A model generated the notes under the pieces. The model was given only the letters and a program-made list of their open reading frames with translations, had not been told where the DNA came from and did not search any database. From Alphaproteobacteria bacterium (GTDB lineage: Bacteria > Pseudomonadota > Alphaproteobacteria > Rs-D84): 64,000 bases of DNA. The first letter of the stretch is position 1. Each line of letters starts with the position of its first letter. Of this stretch, positions 59,401 through 64,000 are shown piece after piece. A program made the position numbers and the translations under genes. The stretch lies in the NCBI GenBank assembly GCA_017472065.1, contig JAFURB010000003.1:16524-80523 (forward strand). Direction: 5' to 3'.

Positions 59401-62400
59401 ATGTACCGGCCGCACATGTGATTGATGCATTTTGCTTCCAGTTGGCTGTAATTGTTGCATTGGCATCTAATACCTTGTAATTCGTGGTCAAATTACCAGA
59501 TTCATCAACAACAACATCGCCGTCTGATGACAAGTATCCCGAACAAGTTTCCCCGCCCGCCTTGGTTGGTAATGGCACAGATGTGATTTTTGTTGTTGCG
59601 TCGTAATTGGAATACCACCCCGTATTGTATTTCAGCCAGATTGTATTTGTGCTTGATGTGCCACCATCATGGTCCAGTGTGATTTCATAAACCATCGGTA
59701 CACATGTTTCGCCATCTGCTTCATACCCAGGCTCGTTACATTTGGTTGTATATGTACATGCCGGTATTTTCGTGCCGTTATAGTACACAGAAGTCGCCGT
59801 TGGCACACGTGTACCATTTGTAATCGATGTATTTGAACAGGTATTATAGCAATCTTCCGCTTCATCCGAGCCGGCCGCACTTGTCACCGTGGCATCCGCC
59901 CCGGCCAGGTCACTACAATAATACACCGCGGTGTCGCCTGTTGGGCTGTATTCGCCTGGTTGTGTTGATATACATTCTGTATCGTCATTAGACAAACGAT
60001 ACATACCTGCATTACACCAGTTAATTGTAATATTGCATGCGCCTGCATAATTGTCGGTTTCCGCCGCATTTACACCATGATAACATACTTGGTCACCTTT
60101 ACCAGTTCCGTTTGGTGTCGCGGTATTTGAACGTGTTGTAAAGCATTGGCTGATGCTTGTGCTGCCATCGTCCGATGACACCGTACCATTAAGCAGAATA
60201 TCAGACGGACATGTGCGTTCACAACCCGATGTTGTGCTATATTCTGTACCCGCGCTTACATTGCCACCCGGACAGTATGAACCCGCCTCACACTTGTTGC
60301 CATCTGCATCTTGGCCTGCGGTACATGTGAATATACCCAATGACCAACGCGCATACAGTGTGCCTGTGCCTGCGGTGTCCCACACTTTCACCGGTTTGCC
60401 CGCCGCGTCATAGTATTGGTTGCCGCCCGTTTCGGCCGATGTATCATAATAACCCACGAAGTTATAATTTGTAAGATTTGGCACTATTATCGCTGGCAAC
60501 AGACTGTTATATGTTGCCGTTACAGATGGGGTCCCATCCGTGCCACCATTTGCATCTAATGTCACGGGGTATGTGTTTGCCTTGCATCCCAATCCGTCGG
60601 CTGTTTTCGAGTATCCTTCGTCACAATCCCATGCGTCTGGTTCAGTTTTGCACTCTTCTGCATTTTCTGGACATGACCGACATTCAGAACGATCGTTGTA
60701 TGGGAAATAGTTGGTTGCACATGTTGCTACTTTACAACCATACTCGCCACCCTTGGTAACAGTTCCCTCCACTTTTGCTGAATTTTCTATATCATCGGTT
60801 GTACATGCGCGATAGCACTGTGTGTCATTTTGTGAAGCACACACATCATATGTCCCCAATGTGAATCCTGTAACATTTGAACAACTGTATGTACAGTTTG
60901 TACATGTTCCGTTCAATGGATATTGTGTTGATGTACAGTTACACAGCCCCGCGGTTACTTCGTTACATGGGTCCCACTGGGCATAGAACGTTAATGTTGA
61001 TGTACATGTGCCTTTGACAACACTGGTAACCTGGGTACCACCTGTGGCCGCAGTGTACCAGCCCAAGAAGTTATACCCCGGTTTTGTTACATTGGTTTTG
61101 GTTGGTAATGTAAATGTTTCTGTTTCTACATTACACGCCGCGGTATAATCACCATTGATTGTCCCGCCATCTGTTACATAGTTTATTTGCTTTTCACTTT
61201 CAGATGTCCATTTGGCGGTAAATGTTTTGTCCGCAGTATATGTCCACTTGAACGCGGTGCCGGCGGCTTTGGTGTCGCTGGTGCCACTGACCGCCCATCC
61301 AGCAAAGTTATATCCACTGCGCGTACATGTGTCTCCCCCCGCTGGGGTATAGTTACTGTTATATGTTGCGGTATTTGATGTCGGTGGGGTGCCTGTGCCG
61401 TCACCACAATCATATGCAACCGTATATGTGCGTTCCGAACATGTCGCACTTACACTTGCGGTGTTTACTGTACCCGTAACATCAAATGATTCTGTTGTGT
61501 CGGCATCACCGTTTTTACTGAATCCTTTGTTACATGTGATTGAACATACAACCTTGTTCCCAGATACTTCTGACAATTTTGCCGTACCATTTGTTGCAGA
61601 ACATGATGCCGTCGTCCACTTGGCATAGAAGGTTTTAGTCCCTGTTGCGGTTGTTGCAATTGTCTGACTGTATGCACAGCTGCTTTTTGCACTGTCTGTG
61701 CACCATCCTGCGAACACATGACCCGATTTAGTTGGAATGCCGGCAATTGTCGCGCCTGTGCCGTATGTGTATGTCGTCGGTGCGCCAGAATAGTTTGTTC
61801 CACCATCTAATTCATAGCTGATTGGATATGCAATTGGCGAACATGGCGTTGTGCCAGATGTCGTTGTCTCGCCATTTGTTGTGCCACCAACACTGTGTCC
61901 CGTGTTGCATGTACATGATGTTGCGGTGTTTCCGGCATCCGCGCCTGAACCTGTTGGACATGTTGAACAACTGATTGTTGTACCACTGGCAACTGGATTG
62001 TATTTGCCGTCATTACATGTTCCGGTGTATGTACATGTCCGTGCTGTTTGGTCTTCGGTCAGGTTGCAAGATGCCGCATTTGTCCCCTTGACACACGCGT
62101 TACATTTCCACGCACATGAATCAGTTGTTGCCGCACCGTCCCATGCCGCATTTTCCGGCAGGTCGCTACACTCACTACATGTAATGCTGGACGATGTAGT
62201 TGTTTTGTTGTGGTTCGCGTTGTAATAACCCGTCGAACAAACATGTACATATTGACATACATTGTTTGTAACACCACTTAATGTCGCAGATGCAACCCCG
62301 GTACCCTTGGTCGCGGCGGTACATCCTGTCCATTTCGCGTACAGTGTTACATCCGCACCAGTGTTGATGTTCTTGATACTGCCACCGGCGGCATAGTTGG

Positions 62401-63997
62401 TGCCTGTGCCGTCTGATTTTGTGTTCCAACCGCCAAATACATGGTTGGTTTTCAACATTGTACCCTGGGCCGCTGCGGTACATGCTTGGTCATACGTACA
62501 CTCAACACTTGTTGGATTTGCAGTGCCACTGTCTGCGCCATTTACGTTAAATGTTACCGTGAATTTTTTTGCCGACCATGTGCCTGTGATTGTGGCGGTA
62601 CCACTGTATACCCCCAGATTTGCACTGTTACATGTTACAGATGTGTTTGCCGCAAATGTTTTGCCATTAACGGTCCAGCCACCAAATGTGTATCCATCTG
62701 CGGTCATGGCATCCGGTGTTGTAAATGTGTCACCATATGTACAACTGGCCGGTGTTGTTGGCGCGGTGCCACGGCCACCATTTGCCCACTTTAATGTAAT
62801 CGTGTTTGCCGTACATTCCGTGCCAGCATCATTGGCGGTCCATCCATCATTACATTTCCATTTTGCATACAGTGACTTGTTGCCGGTTGAACCCTTGGCA
62901 ATTTGGGTGATTTTGTTTGTAAATGACGATTCGGTGTACCAGCCTAAAAACGTGCTGTTTGCGCGTGTTGGGGTCCCCAGTGTTATCGTAGCCGTCGTCA
63001 CATTATATGATGTCGGTGCGCCGGTATAGTTGGTACCACCATTAAGTGTATATGAAATACTGTATGTAATGATATCCCATTTGGCTGTAAATGTCTTGTC
63101 TTCAGTATATGTCCATGTGAACGGGGTGCCGGCGGTTTTGGTGACACTGGTTCCACTGACGGTCCATCCGCCAAATTCATATCCACTTGGCGCAGTGCAC
63201 GTGTTTGTTTTTGGGGTATAGCTGCTGTTATAAGTTGCCGTGTCTGATGTTGGCGCGTCGCCCGTGCCACTGCCACAGTTATATGTAACGTTATATGTAT
63301 TTTCCTTCCAACCGGCATATAAATTCTGACCGCCAGAAACTAAATAAGGAACAGTTTCCAGCGCGGCACTGCCATTTGCGTTATAATATTTCTCTGCAAG
63401 GGCATTTGTATATTCAGACAGCGTGTACCAACCCATAAATGTATATCCGTTGCGGGTTGGGGCGGTTGTGCTGATTTCTGGTAATGCCTGGCCGAATGTT
63501 GCGGTAACATCGGCGGATTGTCCACCCGAACCACCATTTGCAATAAATCTAAATGTATATGTGTCTGCTATACATGCTGTTTCCAAAGAATATACACCGG
63601 CATCTGCCGTGTATGTTCCTGATTCACCTTCTGGATGAACGTATCCGTTTTTACAAGTTACCGCACATGTCAATATGTTGTCGTTTATTCCGACCAATGC
63701 AGATGCCACACCGGTACCTGCCACACACTCGCCTGTTTGCCATACTGGGGTAATGGTTTTATCCTTGTCGCATGTTATCGTCGAACCTTCTGACCAACCC
63801 GTAAAGATTGAGTATAACAGTGTCAATGCGTTGGTTGATCCATCCCAGTCTGGCAATTCGATTTCATCGCCATATTTACATGTAATTTTAACATCATCTG
63901 TTCCTGTCGCGGTGACGCCTGCAACCGTCAATGAACCAGATGCAGTAACTTTATCAATTGTGATGGTGTATTCATTGGCTTCCCATTGTGCATACAT
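53474..63997 (-). CDS. Giant secreted repeat protein / putative adhesin (C-terminal 3507 or more aa; N-terminus lies beyond the window end)
   Basis: One uninterrupted 10.5-kb ORF. Many Listeria-Bacteroides (Flg_new) type repeats (...GYTFGGWTVNGKTF...LYAKW; NGYTFMGWYT...LYAGW). Cys-rich modules. Thrombospondin type-3-like Ca-binding repeats (DTDGDGIPD, DLDGDGKPD). Gly/Thr-rich composition. Confidence 0.8.
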   Translation of the reverse strand: MYAQWEANEYTITIDKVTASGSLTVAGVTATGTDDVKITCKYGDEIELPDWDGSTNALTLLYSIFTGWSEGSTITCDKDKTITPVWQTGECVAGTGVASALVGINDNILTCAVTCKNGYVHPEGESGTYTADAGVYSLETACIADTYTFRFIANGGSGGQSADVTATFGQALPEISTTAPTRNGYTFMGWYTLSEYTNALAEKYYNANGSAALETVPYLVSGGQNLYAGWKENTYNVTYNCGSGTGDAPTSDTATYNSSYTPKTNTCTAPSGYEFGGWTVSGTSVTKTAGTPFTWTYTEDKTFTAKWDIITYSISYTLNGGTNYTGAPTSYNVTTATITLGTPTRANSTFLGWYTESSFTNKITQIAKGSTGNKSLYAKWKCNDGWTANDAGTECTANTITLKWANGGRGTAPTTPASCTYGDTFTTPDAMTADGYTFGGWTVNGKTFAANTSVTCNSANLGVYSGTATITGTWSAKKFTVTFNVNGADSGTANPTSVECTYDQACTAAAQGTMLKTNHVFGGWNTKSDGTGTNYAAGGSIKNINTGADVTLYAKWTGCTAATKGTGVASATLSGVTNNVCQYVHVCSTGYYNANHNKTTTSSSITCSECSDLPENAAWDGAATTDSCAWKCNACVKGTNAASCNLTEDQTARTCTYTGTCNDGKYNPVASGTTISCSTCPTGSGADAGNTATSCTCNTGHSVGGTTNGETTTSGTTPCSPIAYPISYELDGGTNYSGAPTTYTYGTGATIAGIPTKSGHVFAGWCTDSAKSSCAYSQTIATTATGTKTFYAKWTTASCSATNGTAKLSEVSGNKVVCSITCNKGFSKNGDADTTESFDVTGTVNTASVSATCSERTYTVAYDCGDGTGTPPTSNTATYNSNYTPAGGDTCTRSGYNFAGWAVSGTSDTKAAGTAFKWTYTADKTFTAKWTSESEKQINYVTDGGTINGDYTAACNVETETFTLPTKTNVTKPGYNFLGWYTAATGGTQVTSVVKGTCTSTLTFYAQWDPCNEVTAGLCNCTSTQYPLNGTCTNCTYSCSNVTGFTLGTYDVCASQNDTQCYRACTTDDIENSAKVEGTVTKGGEYGCKVATCATNYFPYNDRSECRSCPENAEECKTEPDAWDCDEGYSKTADGLGCKANTYPVTLDANGGTDGTPSVTATYNSLLPAIIVPNLTNYNFVGYYDTSAETGGNQYYDAAGKPVKVWDTAGTGTLYARWSLGIFTCTAGQDADGNKCEAGSYCPGGNVSAGTEYSTTSGCERTCPSDILLNGTVSSDDGSTSISQCFTTRSNTATPNGTGKGDQVCYHGVNAAETDNYAGACNITINWCNAGMYRLSNDDTECISTQPGEYSPTGDTAVYYCSDLAGADATVTSAAGSDEAEDCYNTCSNTSITNGTRVPTATSVYYNGTKIPACTYTTKCNEPGYEADGETCVPMVYEITLDHDGGTSSTNTIWLKYNTGWYSNYDATTKITSVPLPTKAGGETCSGYLSSDGDVVVDESGNLTTNYKVLDANATITANWKQNASITCAAGTYYKGTGTTCTDCPAGSYCEGVTTVQEIGPEKGRAECADLNGTYTAATDASGAKLTVRIDSATKSTSAVACFATNVAYSTTTATGSQTCYYNSGTYGDKCVNKTVFTCIPGYYRAKTTDTDCSVVGKGYYSSPTDSLSRSMCPGFGTDKQVTTDSDKSADITACKRGNTAVKITHGYMRARCTHGSDVPSDLTDVSGYKDNCQLGVVVTCDGGYYDDGSYAGTGATPYCVEVGVNNYSPDQETCSGSAEIPLAENPGCSTKISACPAGSTTNGLTTASSSSQCDGACPKDMVCEEGKEAVSCSDLTGGEYPNSDVGTTDASGCYKPCETACVEPDSCPENFSKCVYDTNEVFTGIQYYGSNECTVANNSCPVDLANTTTMCAVKYYMKEDTGTCELCSSLLDGTYNRSQVGTLANGPYACFASCAPTCNHAADYVLDDNGQVMQDTINHCPEHATCTEATDNAPTLGYKWYPQTVCTPTAFCSFTFVCDPGYVENTTDAIEYGYKKTLYGAPMTASDVATCTPGTYKVTLDDNDGNGGDGAAYQKYTVGWYGDKDASGAISTVTIPTRTGYTFKGYFDAQSGGHPIIGTDGKLPVNTTFTADSTLYAQWSVKVYDIAYNLNGGTNSASNPATYTIEDTPLTLENPSKIGYIFEGWTGDKVSGDKIAEGTTGNVTVTANWTETTFTVHFDPTDAAGVSVPDVTCTYDMQCNAADAIIMDYKTFSVWNTQADGSGQSIVAGGNITNLVSDGGEITLYAIWDQNMVECEAGYYFNNGTRTECKLGQYCPGTGKINEGSTGCIETCPAGGATIESGETAITQCRKITVNGDIKFEYGTALWDCAYTSGTGDSAVYYTDCKAIALSCDAGYYYTGNGAIACTPVPDGYYSPAPEKADGAEYPETMKSHACPGETGADDGIGSVQPRAAMTNCYNACALTTSDITNSKTVTADEERMFSTTGGDYPACSYTITCNPGYTPQNGTDPKCIANKYTIVLDKNQGTGNVVDSVTCEFNSGKCDLPATSALTRAGYVPAGKWCTNADGTGTCYTAGASTDKNISATGENTKLFAAWDADVFKITLVASDATSNATQDPVYLKYTIGWYSDEAAKTPITSIETANLPSKPGYNFAGYKIGDVTIVDASGTLQTTAAVLTVTTKDTSANVVWAQGNTDCEAGYYYPGTGGSCVVCEANHYCPGGSFPTDAGLAGHEVCPDDGISAGGESATNVGVCYKQGLDYTSETGKASGTQTCNYNDTDKKYNYPCRDISVKSCVAGYYYVSGTDCTEVGEDHYSGEGSRTREVCPENGTTGSLTTAAEVGQCYKTVDYVATYGTGTQVCNYTSQNDDGSAKYATNCRDKYITACQGGYYRENADAIDCVKVGYDAYSEEGSLNKTPCPDGGDTDSETSATSTMCYKSENPFTSEHGSGVRYCRYTPETGDYTVCGDRMFQNCSAGYYWAAYGDADCVPVDYGFFGPVADAGNEGYLTARQECATYNGQRGQTEGPTSADASACFMSDIPCEAGSGTGTKVCGYDTSAENYTADCTTCAVDSCANGYYLSNNQCILCPEGSICDENTGKDTDGDGIPDSQPKVCADLFNGRYPNSDKGATSTDQCWGACDASGNVEAMSGRDYAGENIADTCEIASCKPQYYLSSDATECILCPEGMICEPGSGEDLDGDGKPDNGPKSCKDLTNGTHPFAEPGSTKIEQCYITCEDYEIEYGMAIRDSDKAYYDNVCTYKGVSDTGNPCEIRTVNGVETCVETSCKPEYELINGRCQECDRENATAYKPNGNCLVAKCHTGYHPDGDQCADNVQTCSAPNAIAATRTWDTKIGAYGICVITECADGYHIASNACVPDVQECKVEHGSGVQEWDSRRGTWGDCIATSCDAGYTNDKYETDEPGKQCGRCRNAYSILGEVAVSSYVRGCEIAACLYQGELYNLENNECVPICPIKEYTDPEGTGTMKWNPNTKKCERKCNEGYIPW

Positions 63998-64000
63998 GGT

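Noticed and set aside
53524-63638. Dozens of 60-210-aa ORFs on both strands inside the giant adhesin gene
   Set aside because: They are artefacts of the repetitive, compositionally biased adhesin coding sequence. The single 10.5-kb minus-strand frame explains the region.

Overview
This window reads as a low-GC bacterial chromosome. An approximately 23-kb variable island sits between two tRNA-Ser genes (1057-1147 and 24103-24190), in a backbone of housekeeping genes with an alphaproteobacterial flavour (inference from a long rpoZ, a DUF1013-like gene upstream of rpoD, and an acidic insert in rpoD). The backbone holds a partial MtaB-like methylthiotransferase, rpoZ, cysS, rpoD, tig, thyA, amiC, prfB, an accD-accA fusion, xseA, tsaD and ihfB. 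In coordinate order the island contains: (i) an integrated phage-like element with a DUF2924 gene, a large serine recombinase, a ParB-domain DNA methyltransferase, a small-terminase-like gene and a large terminase, but no capsid or tail genes; (ii) a two-gene module (a small protein with a PD-ExK-like motif followed by an SF2 helicase) that resembles the Hachiman anti-phage system; (iii) a truncated second copy of the recombinase gene; and (iv) a complete type II-C-like CRISPR-Cas locus. The CRISPR-Cas locus has a minus-strand tracrRNA with a clear anti-repeat and terminator, cas9 on the plus strand, cas2-cas1 on the minus strand convergent with cas9, and a 35-repeat array. Each repeat ends, in the crRNA orientation, with an extended -10 promoter (TGATATAAT). 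Elsewhere the window contains a polysaccharide gene cluster (GT2, a GT2-pyruvyltransferase fusion, radical SAM), a MITE-like inverted-repeat element next to tRNA-Arg, the conserved +1 programmed frameshift in prfB (the ORF track shows only the downstream frame), an AbiEii-like nucleotidyltransferase adjacent to a metallophosphoesterase, and the C-terminal 3500 or more residues of a giant repeat adhesin that runs off the window end.
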